Virus record (IMG/VR): IMGVR_UViG_3300032665_002303
Direction: 5' to 3' (one strand)
Source of the DNA: an uncultured virus (IMG/VR IMGVR_UViG_3300032665_002303)
Lineage: Duplodnaviria > Heunggongvirae > Uroviricota > Caudoviricetes
Length of the DNA: 64,000 bases
The number at the start of each line of letters is the position of its first letter. Within the stretch, counting starts at the first letter, position 1. The notes beneath the pieces are model-generated. The model was not told the DNA's origin. It worked only from the letters and a program-made list of their open reading frames with translations, and did no database searches. The translations under genes and the position numbers were made by a program. Shown piece after piece: positions 40,601-49,597 of this stretch.

Positions 40601-43600
40601 AAAAAAAGAGCAAGATAAAAGTGATATAAAGTATTATCAAGACAAGCTGGATAAATTTCAGCCATTTGTCGATAGGTATAATGCTATAGACAAAGCTAAT
40701 CAAGGCGAAGGCGCACAAGGGAGCGTCGCAACGGACGCTGAAAAAGGTACCGATGCTGGCGCCAAAAATAATTCAGAGGAAAATAAAGATAATTCAAAAG
40801 AAGATGTATCTTTGAATTCCACAGGTATAACCTCAATAAAAACGCGCGAAAATGAAAAAAGCAATGAGCAAAACGTCGAAGTCAATGCCACCAAGCAAGA
40901 AAATGATGGGCGGCAAAACGGGGCCAACGAAAGCAGCTCCAATGAAGGCAGGCCCGACACCGAAGTTCGGAGCACAGCCAGCATGGAAGGGCGGCAAGAG
41001 CCAGAAGATAGGCAACTAAAAGAAGGCGAAGAGCCACAAAAAGAAAATGAAAAAATAGCAGGTGCAGACACAGAGCCGCAACCTGCTATTTCTGTTCCAA
41101 AGAAGAAGTGGTCTGAACTAAAAGGGAAGAAACTGTCCGCTGGCGATATACCGGTGAAAACTCCCGTTATAAAAAATGAAAAGCACAGAAAGCAAATATT
41201 GCAAGATTCTCTACTTGACACAGGCGGTGATATAGATAAATCGTTCTCGGCAGCAGGGTATGTAAATAAAAACGGAATATGGGTGCACCCAGACGCCGTA
41301 AATTATTTTGATAAGATAAGCCCAGAGGCAGTAGCGGCACTAAAAAAACATAACGTCAGGTTTATTGATGGTAGCAATAAGTACGAAGGCAACCAGGGCG
41401 GCGCGGCGCACTCCATATATAGTGACGGGAAAACTATAAGAGGCATACACGTAAGGACTGATGCGGGAGATGAAAACTGGGTAGGGCACGATAAGATAGT
41501 TTTGCACGAAACGGGACACGCTGTTTGGGAAGATCTTTCTGCTGGTACGAAGGATTTATTTGACAACGATAACCCCATATCTCAATATGCAAAAGATGTA
41601 AAAGCGGCAAAAGATGCAGGGAAGCCAATTTCGGCGGCACCTCACGGGGAGGAGGATTTTGCCGAATTATTTGCAAAAAATAAAGGCGATTTACAAGCTA
41701 CCATAAAGGAGGCTCAACAAAACGAGAACAATAAGAATGGTGCCATACCAGTGAAAACCACCCCAGAATTACAGACGCGCGATGACGGCGCCGCAAAAGG
41801 GATGTCACAGGAAGAAACCGATCCTATCCTGAGGGATGCCATGGTAAACCATCCCGACAAGCCCATAGACTTCATGCTCACCGACAAGCCGGAGGGCGAA
41901 GTAACAAATGACTATGTAGGCCGCATCAACAAAACAATATCCGAATATACGAAACCAGAATCAGAGGGTGGGTTGAAAGACAACTCCCTGCTGGTGACAC
42001 ATTCCAACGTCATAAAGCTACTTCTGGCCGCATACGACAAGAAAAGCAAGTCATTCGATTTCGACAAGCCCGACCTGCTAAAAAAAGTAACCGACCAGAC
42101 TACCGAGCCCGGCAATGACTATGAATTCAAGATAGCGCAGCCGGACGGCACAGAAAAGACAATGCTCGTTACGCGCCACGGAGAGACGGAAGCGAACGAA
42201 AAAGGACTGCAGCGGGCCGATGATGACACCCTTACTGAAAAAGGGCAACAAGACGCCAAGGATGTGGCAGAAAAGCTAAAAGAACAAGGCGTCACCCCTG
42301 CCGAGATTATCAGTAGCGATTTGCCGCGCGCTCACGAAACTGCCAATATCATTTCAAAAGAACTTTCTAATAGCGAAAACGCAGACGGCATCACACCTCC
42401 GCAGCCAAGTAAGCCGCTCCACGAAATGACCGGCAGTGAACTGTCTGAATATCACGACGCCGTAAAAACACACAATAAAGATCTTGACAAAAAAATACTT
42501 GGCGATAAATATAAGGATTACCGAGCAGCGCAGGCCACCTCTGAAAGTATGTTTGCTTCAAAAGAAGCCCAGAAAAAGGCCGACAAAACAATAGATGACA
42601 TAGAAGCATCTTTGTCGAAGTCCCAAAGAGATGCATTGTATGGTATAGGTGCTAAAAATGGCGATTTAATAGGAGATGAGGGAGAGGTTAAGCCATATAG
42701 AGACAGGGCATTAGATGTTGAGTCTGCGCAGAACGAGCAAGAACTGGCGGCCAGCATAGCCCAATCGTTGATTGACCTTAACGATGCCCCATTGAATATA
42801 GACGATATGAACACCAAGCAAAAGGTGGCGTTGACTGGCTTTAATGCAGCAAAAAGGGTAATTGAAGAGCGCGGATATAACGGGAAAGAGGTTACGGAGC
42901 TGGCACTAAAGAAGGCCTTGTCTAAGTTTGATGATGCAAATGATGCGGAGCTTATGCTATCCAGATATATGGACATGGCTAAGAATAAGCAGGCGGAAAA
43001 TACCAAGTCGGAAAGGGTTGAGCAAAAAGCAATATCGTCACCTATAAAAGAAAAAAAGAAGCGCGTCCGTAAACCAACTGAATTTCAAACAAGAAAAAAA
43101 GAAGCGCTAAAGGGTGAGCCGCAAAGTTTCAAAGAGGCGGTCCTCCGATTTATAGTTGGTGGCGACAGGGTGCGACACACCGACATTCAGCACGACCTTG
43201 GACTGAAACCAAACGACATGAAGACCTATCTGCGAAAAATAGCAGCAGATGGAACAAAGGTTGATGATTTTGTTGAAAAATACCACAACCCAGACAGGGA
43301 AGACGGCGGCATAAATCTCGTTCACGATACAGTAGATGGGCGCCGGGAGTTCATGGATACATTCGCTCAGTACGGGCACGACGACCGCTCGGCATTAGAC
43401 GAGCTGGAGAGAATTCAGGGGAAGGGAGAAGAGGACTGGAATGAAGATAATTATACAGCCCATACGGAGGGTGATAAAATTTCCGACGCAAGCCCATACC
43501 AAGTAAAAAACTTTATAGAAAACGGAGATTTAAAAGCGCATGAAAAAGCCACAGAAGATATACAAAACGCGGATCTGACCGATTCCGACAGAGATCATAT

Positions 43601-46600
43601 AATATCTCACTTCTCCAATCACCTGAACTACGATGGCAAGGTAAATGGAGATAAAGCATACGATCCGGCAAGTAAAGAGTTTAAAAGCATGTATGAGGCG
43701 CTATCCGCACAAGGAAAGCAATTCATGGATGACCTATTGGCTGAAAAGGAAACCGGCGGATGGATAGAATTAAATGATAAGCAAAAACAAGATTTTCACA
43801 CACTTCAAAATAAAGCAAATGAAACAGCAACCAAAGAATCCGCTGCCGGCAGCAATCCAGAAACTATCGAAAGACCAGCAGGCAAAAGCACTGATGCAGG
43901 CAGCGATGACCAGCAAAATGATGAAGCAAACGCCACAAAAGAAAAGTCCAATCAACCATCCGCAGAAGAACGGAGCGTCGCCACTGAAGCTAAATCAGAG
44001 GACAAAACCCCTGCTGCCAAAGAAAGGCAAGTAGAAAGTTTTACTACTGAAAAAGGAAGCGTATATAAGTACAACGATCAAGGTAAAACAGTAAGATTTA
44101 AAACAGCAGAAGGAAAAGCAAAAGAACCACAGGACCTTACAGTATTTGCAAAGTTCAAAGACGATGATCAGAACCAGCGTTTTCTCAATGGTGTACAAAA
44201 CCAAAAAGAAAGCGGAACAAAAGTTTACGTAGTTGATGAGCAAGGAAAGAAGTACGACACCAACGAACAGGTAAAAGGCAAAGATGTCCGACTGGCCCTG
44301 GTAGACACCAAGACCGGCAAGATGCTGGAAACGGTAGAAACAAAAACGCAGCCAGAGGTAGGCTACCATACTTTCGACCAGCGCAGATTCAAAGAAGGGC
44401 AAGAGTCCTTCCGGGAATCCCATATTGGCAACAAAGTATCTGAGATCAAGTATAAAGACGAAGCGGCAACAGAAGAAAAGCCAAATCAAGCCCCGAACGA
44501 AGAACGGAGCGTCGCAACGGAACCTAAACCGGAGGAGAAGACCCCTGCTCAAAGAATCGCCGACATAGACCTTGAAATAAAAAAGCAAGCAGCATCTCTT
44601 AAAATAGAATCTGATAAACGCGCCCATGCAAATAAAGAAGGAAACGTAGGAGACTTCAACAAGCATAACGCTAACTGGTACAAAAAGAGCGACAGAATAA
44701 CCGCGCTCAGAGAAGAGCGAGATGCACTGGCAAAAAAGCAAGAACAACAGGCCGGAGAGGAAGAGCGCCAAACCATATTCAGCAAACTTGCCGACTACAC
44801 TGAAAAAACCTACGCAAAAAACAAGGCAAACCATAAAGGAGAATTCCTATCCAGTTTCGGTATACCAAAAATGTCTGACCATGTACAGGACTTCTTGGTA
44901 GCAAGGGTGGTAGACGCACTAAAAGGCCTGCATAGCATTGAGATGGCAATTCGCAGGGCAATCCGGGAAACAAAAGAAAAGTACCCAGATGAGGCAAAAG
45001 AGTTATCATACGATCACGAAAGCGAAATAAGACATGCGCTTAATCTCAGGCCAGAACCACTAAAATCAGAACCTGCGCTACCATACGACCACAAAGAATA
45101 TGCAGAGGGCGCAATGGATGCGATAAGGAATGGAGAAGCTACATACGATGAAGTTATTGACGACCTGAGAAACAAAGAATTTGAAAACAGGGACGGAAGC
45201 CCGCTATCGGATCATGTAGCAGAAAATAACAGAGCCAAGATTCAAAACTACATAGACTGGCATACGAACGGACTGGGTGACAGAAATACAGAAGCTAAGG
45301 CCGAGCAACCAGCAGAAGGGGACGACACGACGAGCATAAAAAATGATACTACGCGATTAAAGAGGGAGGTAGCCGGACTAAATGAGGAGATTCCTGCCAT
45401 GAAAAAAACATTTGGCGATGCATGGGAGGAGGCAAAAGAAAAAATATTAGCCAACCCGGATGCGCCTATGGATTTGGTCCATGAGTTATCTAAGAAACCA
45501 AGACCAATCACTGATGTTGAGAATGCTATGCTGCTTCATCATCAAAATGATCAGGAAATTAAACTAAGTGCGGTAAATGACAAAATAAACAAGGCCGCAG
45601 AGGCTGGCGACCCAGCAGCCATAGCAGAGCACAAGGGGTCTAAAGCCAGGTTATTGGATGGGCTACAAAGGATATATGACGTGAACAAAGCGGTAGGCAC
45701 CGAAAACGCAAGAGGCTTGAGTGCAAGGAGGATGACGGTGGATCGAAAATACAATCTCGTACACATGCTTTCCGAGAAAAGAGCAACTGCCAATGATGGG
45801 CAGCCGCTGAGTGACGCCCAGCAGGCGGAGGTGGAGCGAATGCACAAAGAAATACGTGATACGCAAGAAAAGCTAGATAATTACGTAAAAGAATCCGAGT
45901 CTAAAATAATAGACCTGCAACGACAAGTGCTGTCTAAGCCTATAAAAAACAAGAAAAAAGCCGCTGATATATTAAGGGCATTTGCCGACAAAATGTCTAA
46001 GCCCATAAAAAATAGCGCATTTTCAGGACCCGTCGCCATTCCAGATGGTGTAATTGCGAAGGGAATCAGGGAGGTGGCTACGGGCTTAGAAAACGGGGAA
46101 GACCTTTCTAATTCAATTAAAAAGGCAGTTGTTGCGGCGATTAAAGAAAATCCAGAAATTGACGCAACCCAAATAGAGAGGGAGATAAATAATACAATAA
46201 TAAAGGCGGGAATAATAGAGCCGACAAGGCAGTCTAAAACAGTCAGGGATATGTCTGGTTTATTTTCCGGTGGCAAACTTAACTATGAAGCTGCGCGATT
46301 AAAAGTAGCGGCAGAAAGAGCAAAGGCTGAATATGAATTGAGTATAAAGAAAGATCAGGACGCGCAGATGTCTAAATGGGCTAAAACCCAAGACTGGCTT
46401 ATAAAGTGGCACCGAAATTCTCTGCTATCAAACCCACTAACAATAGCTAAGCTCGCCATGGCGGGACTTACCAGGGTGGCCATAACCGCACCAGAGGAAT
46501 TGGTGGGCGGGGTTTATTCTAAACTTATCCCAAAACTTGCAAATGGCGCAATAGGAGAGGGTGGTGGACTACATGTAAATGAGATGGCGGACGCAATTAA

Positions 46601-47741
46601 GGCTGGATTAACCAAGGGCATACAGGACTCCAAAGACATACTGAGTAATAAGACTAAAGGGAAATCGGACATAGATATTCTTGCGGGTAAAGCGGGAGAA
46701 CTACCCCCGGAAGCGTCTGATTTTTTTGGACGGATACATAGCGCAACTAAAGCTCCATTCAAGAGGTTTGCGTTTGAAAAGTCTTTGCAAAAAAGACTTC
46801 GCAGGATGACGGCATTAGGAGCCGACACTACAGACCCATTGGTTCAAACTGCAATAGTAAATCAAGCCATGCAAGATGCTAATAGGGCTATTTTCATGCA
46901 AGATAACGTTGTGGCAAAAGCATATCAAGAGGGAGTTAGGTACCTTGAAGGTCATGGGATGAAAGGAGGTGCTAGTACTCTTAAATGGCTTCTTCCGTTT
47001 GTTAAAGTGGGATCTAATATAGCGGCGGAAGGTGGCACATATACGTATGGATCTGCCGTTGGCGCGTTTAAATTGATTCATGCAGCGCTCGGGAAAGGGA
47101 TTGAAAACTTACCGCCGGAAGAGAAAGATGTTATCATGCGCAACTTAAAGAAGGGAAGCATAGGGCTCGCCATGATGGCTTACGGGTATTTTAATTCGCA
47201 GAATGTGGGCGGATTCTATCAGCCAGGACAAAAAAGAGACGATGATGATGTAGAGGCTGGAGGCTTAAAGGTTGGCGGACTAAAAATACCCCATTGGGCG
47301 GCAGAGGCGCCGGTATTCATGGCTATGCAAGTAGGCGCTACAATTAGAAGAGTTGCGGATAGCTATTCTAACGGCGAGCAGAAAGGCATCGGCGAAGGAG
47401 TTAAGGCTGGATTGTTAGGATTGGCAGATCAAGTTCCGCTTATCGGCGGCCCTCAAAATGTATTTAAGTTGTTTGAAAATAGCTACCAGCAGCAAAAATT
47501 TATTAGAGAGCAAGTAAAAAGCGCGGTAGTCCCGGCATTGGTAGATTATTTCGCAAAAGTTACAGACCCAGCAGATGTTGGATCTATAATGGGTAAAATA
47601 CTACATCCTGAAAACAAGAGAGAGAGCCCAAAGACAGTAGTGGACGAGGTGAAGAGCGGTGTTCCATATTTCAGGGAAGATTTGGATGAAAAATACCCCA
47701 AACCAAAAACAGATGGCGCCGGTTCCGGCGGGCACTTCTGA
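37635..47741 (+). CDS. Giant polyvalent virion/ejection protein (3368 aa) with M15-type peptidase, zincin (HExxH) and histidine-phosphatase-like domains
   Basis: SAHYRGKAID...HIH; LHETGH...EEDFAE; LVTHS and RHGETEAN...SSDLPRAHETA. Confidence 0.7.
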   Translation: MPAGGKSTQDDDLYSQIMSAPESGSQNTPRDYHELSDFATSNGFTVTSTTKGKHNTGSAHYRGKAIDVRVNDKKPEEVEALMSQAKQKGYIVRDERIHPAGQKEWDGRHIHLQLPEDNASADDLYSQIMSAPIGDAPQKKSPDVSATGLPPYSTGGKSDYPPNIDPLTAFQKPTIAQQGYNDIFGKSNVTGEPNAQAPEEQPEITPQQQAHQAANVITNYIVQSAATAATPDYLRQLSATPATAPGHPIYEASNPHGDPTYTGGVVKNGVEVLKLQKSQELAKLANEGGQNTDPNYAQEAKEINDKYDKEIADLQNAGIITTSQQLAHKAYTSGNLTPEQSEEQISAAKKEYDKSIANATGAGDIAVAKQKYNKTKAEVQQASKYSPVHIGMEQQALLGNDKAKEDMAKYNAGQKIDEDRQVAYEAAGLNALQFGAKTADATANPDAAKELDENSNNIQDRLEQDHPKYFGDIYGKQVGSYLYNNENNPLFGTLFARSAPDAKTVRQVGKKIGLTSDQINLINPNNVPTMASVPGQFLQGAFNSAFMQDDKGAFNTLFTGNVPDEQRSATHPIDNLRGFLGEVAGGAGTVAGFMAQAGLVGDALKGSKVLGDVVANAKRYETAANLIPLAASNYNNAYAQSASVIGDKPKDEIKRHAYALTNAILGTAIMSIDPATAIGSDAIGATKAGQDLIGMIKKGGLENITKDEFKTQIQGILSQVAEKGQVAGGHALSQGGIMGLNKAAENVTDMIYDPSHRHGVMDNVGQSAVQGGISMLLPSLMAGINAPHNETPVTKSVVWEVGNNSQDYINKISDLRNEGQITSEEYNTALNGIQKAKNAAEQAPSKNPVTRQNLAPEQREDYAFNSMRKSELEQTLEDINKSPSPDKAQAKIVQQKIGEVDAQQADILNNAGNFKPAERPLPKKETKEDVDKDVYDHEEADTRKAYKKGEELDKDDAHNLAFVKDNARNYAEERVDLAKRKIEMELAKPKKEQDKSDIKYYQDKLDKFQPFVDRYNAIDKANQGEGAQGSVATDAEKGTDAGAKNNSEENKDNSKEDVSLNSTGITSIKTRENEKSNEQNVEVNATKQENDGRQNGANESSSNEGRPDTEVRSTASMEGRQEPEDRQLKEGEEPQKENEKIAGADTEPQPAISVPKKKWSELKGKKLSAGDIPVKTPVIKNEKHRKQILQDSLLDTGGDIDKSFSAAGYVNKNGIWVHPDAVNYFDKISPEAVAALKKHNVRFIDGSNKYEGNQGGAAHSIYSDGKTIRGIHVRTDAGDENWVGHDKIVLHETGHAVWEDLSAGTKDLFDNDNPISQYAKDVKAAKDAGKPISAAPHGEEDFAELFAKNKGDLQATIKEAQQNENNKNGAIPVKTTPELQTRDDGAAKGMSQEETDPILRDAMVNHPDKPIDFMLTDKPEGEVTNDYVGRINKTISEYTKPESEGGLKDNSLLVTHSNVIKLLLAAYDKKSKSFDFDKPDLLKKVTDQTTEPGNDYEFKIAQPDGTEKTMLVTRHGETEANEKGLQRADDDTLTEKGQQDAKDVAEKLKEQGVTPAEIISSDLPRAHETANIISKELSNSENADGITPPQPSKPLHEMTGSELSEYHDAVKTHNKDLDKKILGDKYKDYRAAQATSESMFASKEAQKKADKTIDDIEASLSKSQRDALYGIGAKNGDLIGDEGEVKPYRDRALDVESAQNEQELAASIAQSLIDLNDAPLNIDDMNTKQKVALTGFNAAKRVIEERGYNGKEVTELALKKALSKFDDANDAELMLSRYMDMAKNKQAENTKSERVEQKAISSPIKEKKKRVRKPTEFQTRKKEALKGEPQSFKEAVLRFIVGGDRVRHTDIQHDLGLKPNDMKTYLRKIAADGTKVDDFVEKYHNPDREDGGINLVHDTVDGRREFMDTFAQYGHDDRSALDELERIQGKGEEDWNEDNYTAHTEGDKISDASPYQVKNFIENGDLKAHEKATEDIQNADLTDSDRDHIISHFSNHLNYDGKVNGDKAYDPASKEFKSMYEALSAQGKQFMDDLLAEKETGGWIELNDKQKQDFHTLQNKANETATKESAAGSNPETIERPAGKSTDAGSDDQQNDEANATKEKSNQPSAEERSVATEAKSEDKTPAAKERQVESFTTEKGSVYKYNDQGKTVRFKTAEGKAKEPQDLTVFAKFKDDDQNQRFLNGVQNQKESGTKVYVVDEQGKKYDTNEQVKGKDVRLALVDTKTGKMLETVETKTQPEVGYHTFDQRRFKEGQESFRESHIGNKVSEIKYKDEAATEEKPNQAPNEERSVATEPKPEEKTPAQRIADIDLEIKKQAASLKIESDKRAHANKEGNVGDFNKHNANWYKKSDRITALREERDALAKKQEQQAGEEERQTIFSKLADYTEKTYAKNKANHKGEFLSSFGIPKMSDHVQDFLVARVVDALKGLHSIEMAIRRAIRETKEKYPDEAKELSYDHESEIRHALNLRPEPLKSEPALPYDHKEYAEGAMDAIRNGEATYDEVIDDLRNKEFENRDGSPLSDHVAENNRAKIQNYIDWHTNGLGDRNTEAKAEQPAEGDDTTSIKNDTTRLKREVAGLNEEIPAMKKTFGDAWEEAKEKILANPDAPMDLVHELSKKPRPITDVENAMLLHHQNDQEIKLSAVNDKINKAAEAGDPAAIAEHKGSKARLLDGLQRIYDVNKAVGTENARGLSARRMTVDRKYNLVHMLSEKRATANDGQPLSDAQQAEVERMHKEIRDTQEKLDNYVKESESKIIDLQRQVLSKPIKNKKKAADILRAFADKMSKPIKNSAFSGPVAIPDGVIAKGIREVATGLENGEDLSNSIKKAVVAAIKENPEIDATQIEREINNTIIKAGIIEPTRQSKTVRDMSGLFSGGKLNYEAARLKVAAERAKAEYELSIKKDQDAQMSKWAKTQDWLIKWHRNSLLSNPLTIAKLAMAGLTRVAITAPEELVGGVYSKLIPKLANGAIGEGGGLHVNEMADAIKAGLTKGIQDSKDILSNKTKGKSDIDILAGKAGELPPEASDFFGRIHSATKAPFKRFAFEKSLQKRLRRMTALGADTTDPLVQTAIVNQAMQDANRAIFMQDNVVAKAYQEGVRYLEGHGMKGGASTLKWLLPFVKVGSNIAAEGGTYTYGSAVGAFKLIHAALGKGIENLPPEEKDVIMRNLKKGSIGLAMMAYGYFNSQNVGGFYQPGQKRDDDDVEAGGLKVGGLKIPHWAAEAPVFMAMQVGATIRRVADSYSNGEQKGIGEGVKAGLLGLADQVPLIGGPQNVFKLFENSYQQQKFIREQVKSAVVPALVDYFAKVTDPADVGSIMGKILHPENKRESPKTVVDEVKSGVPYFREDLDEKYPKPKTDGAGSGGHF
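43968..43995 (+). repeat. Short repeat embedded in frame in the giant gene (ERSVATEAK)
   Basis: GAACGGAGCGTCGCCACTGAAGCTAAAT. Confidence 0.95.
44502..44528 (+). repeat. Short repeat embedded in frame in the giant gene (ERSVATEPK)
   Basis: GAACGGAGCGTCGCAACGGAACCTAAA. Confidence 0.9.
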
Positions 47742-47758
47742 TAGCAGAACAGAACGAT

Positions 47759-47787
47759 GAACGGAGCGTCGCAACGATGCTAAATAG
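47759..47787 (+). repeat. Short dispersed repeat, solo forward copy
   Basis: GAACGGAGCGTCGCAACGATGCTAAATAG. Confidence 0.95.
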
Positions 47788-47959
47788 TAGCAAAAAGATA
47801 AGTTCAAAATAAATTTTGTAGATAAAGAAAAACAATTATACTTTTGTAGGAACAAAGGAAGATAGACTGATCCTCTATTTAAGAAAACATTGCCCCATTT
47901 AATTATCCCGGCGGGATCAGCGCCAGGTGTATTGGATGGGGCATTAACTTTTTACGCAA

Positions 47960-48337
47960 ATGATAACTCACGCATCACAGATAACGTTTGACAACGTAAT
48001 ACAGGTAGATACGCAGCAGGAGTATGATGATGACAATGAATGCCATAGGCAAACTATATGGTTCGGGCATGGGGGTAAGTATAATTGCTACCATGATATA
48101 ACTGCAACTGGAAAGCTGAATTACGAATCTTCTTTTGGGAAACTTATGCCAGTAGCGATAAAGGCGTATGACGAACTACAAACATTAATGCCAGACTTGG
48201 ACGGGCAAGACCATATAGACGCATTCAAGGTTTGGGATGTAATATGTCAACTATCTACATGGCATGACATAGGAAAACTATTTGATGCTACTTACTCCGC
48301 AATCCAATTCCTCAACTCTTTAAAACAGCCAAAATGA
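47960..48337 (+). CDS. Hypothetical phage protein
   Basis: 125-aa ORF behind a TAnnTTTG promoter and structured leader. Confidence 0.6.
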   Translation: MITHASQITFDNVIQVDTQQEYDDDNECHRQTIWFGHGGKYNCYHDITATGKLNYESSFGKLMPVAIKAYDELQTLMPDLDGQDHIDAFKVWDVICQLSTWHDIGKLFDATYSAIQFLNSLKQPK

Positions 48338-48544
48338 GCGACAAGACACTAAGCCCGATACAACAGGCGATTGAATTAGTTGGAGGGTGCAATATCAGCA
48401 ACGATGACCTAAGAGAGGTCAGAAAGGTATTAAAATCACTTCTCCCCATCGAGAAGCTATGGTAACTATCGTTGAGTTGGGATTAAAATAAATTTTGTTA
48501 TTTAGAAATAATGAATTATCTTTGTCCCAACAAAGCGATAATTT

Positions 48545-49483
48545 ATGTTTGCTCAATTTAAAACACTCCCGCAATTATTTGACTTCTTCAAAGACGAAGA
48601 AACCTGCATGACTTATTGGGAGAATGTCCGATGGGGTGAAAATGGCATCACTTGCCCTCACTGTGAGGCGGGTAACCCATATAAAACCAACAGGGGGTAC
48701 AAATGTAAGAATATCGAGTGCCAAAAGAAATTTACCGCTATTGTAGGTACTATATTTGAGAATACAAAGATGCCTTTGCGTACATGGTTTGGCGCAATTT
48801 ACCTTTGTGCAAATCACAAGAAAGGAATTAGTTCTTTGCAGCTCGGCCGGGACTTGGGTATACATCAGTCAAGCGCATGGTTTTTATTGCATCGCATACG
48901 TGAAACCATGAAAGAAATACAGTGCATACCGCTGGGTGGTGAGGGGTGTATTGTAGAGGTGGATAACACGATTGTAGGCGGTAAGGCGAAAAACATGTGC
49001 AATAAGAAGCGTAAGTCATTCAAGAACGACAGGGACGCGGCAATGGCTAATAAAACAACCATGACGGCCTACATAGAGCGCGGAGGTAAGATACGTTTTG
49101 ACGTGAAGGATAAGGGCGAGAGTGAGCCGGAATTGCTGTTAAAGCACGTTGACACAGATTCTATACTTATGACTGATACTGCAAACGTTTATAACAAGGT
49201 GGGTGAAGGATTTGCGCAGCATGAAAAAGTAGACCACAACAACAATGAGTATGTGCGTGAAAAGATATGGCACACGAACACAATAGAGGGTGCATTCAGC
49301 CACTTTGACCGCATGGTGATAGGAATATATCACAACGTTAGTCGTAAGCACATGCAAGCCTACGCAAATGAGTGCGCATATCGTTACAATACCCGCAAGA
49401 TGGATCAACCTGTAAGGTTTGAAGATACCGTATTAAAATGTAGTGGTGTTAGGATAAAATACAACACCCTTATAGCAAAGTAG
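48545..49483 (+). CDS. IS1595-family DDE transposase (second, divergent copy)
   Basis: CPHC/CKNIEC Zn ribbon, KKGISSLQL, VEVDNTIVGG, LMTD, HTNTIEGAFS. Candidate left end GGTAACTAT at 48461. Confidence 0.93.
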   Translation: MFAQFKTLPQLFDFFKDEETCMTYWENVRWGENGITCPHCEAGNPYKTNRGYKCKNIECQKKFTAIVGTIFENTKMPLRTWFGAIYLCANHKKGISSLQLGRDLGIHQSSAWFLLHRIRETMKEIQCIPLGGEGCIVEVDNTIVGGKAKNMCNKKRKSFKNDRDAAMANKTTMTAYIERGGKIRFDVKDKGESEPELLLKHVDTDSILMTDTANVYNKVGEGFAQHEKVDHNNNEYVREKIWHTNTIEGAFSHFDRMVIGIYHNVSRKHMQAYANECAYRYNTRKMDQPVRFEDTVLKCSGVRIKYNTLIAK

Positions 49484-49512
49484 CTTCATTTGGTTTGGCG
49501 ATTAAATGAAAA

Positions 49513-49544
49513 ACGGCACCCGATATTGGGTGCCGTAACTTTTG
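49513..49544 (+). terminator. Hairpin after the transposase
   Basis: ACGGCACCC-GATATT-GGGTGCCGT. Confidence 0.6.
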
Positions 49545-49597
49545 TATCTTTATACCGCCAAATCATTAATGAAGAGATATTATGTCTCTACGTGAAT

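Noticed and set aside
42050..42080. DFDKPD in the giant protein as an RNA polymerase DxDxD motif
   Set aside because: The spacing does not fit and it lies in the linker of the phosphatase-like domain.
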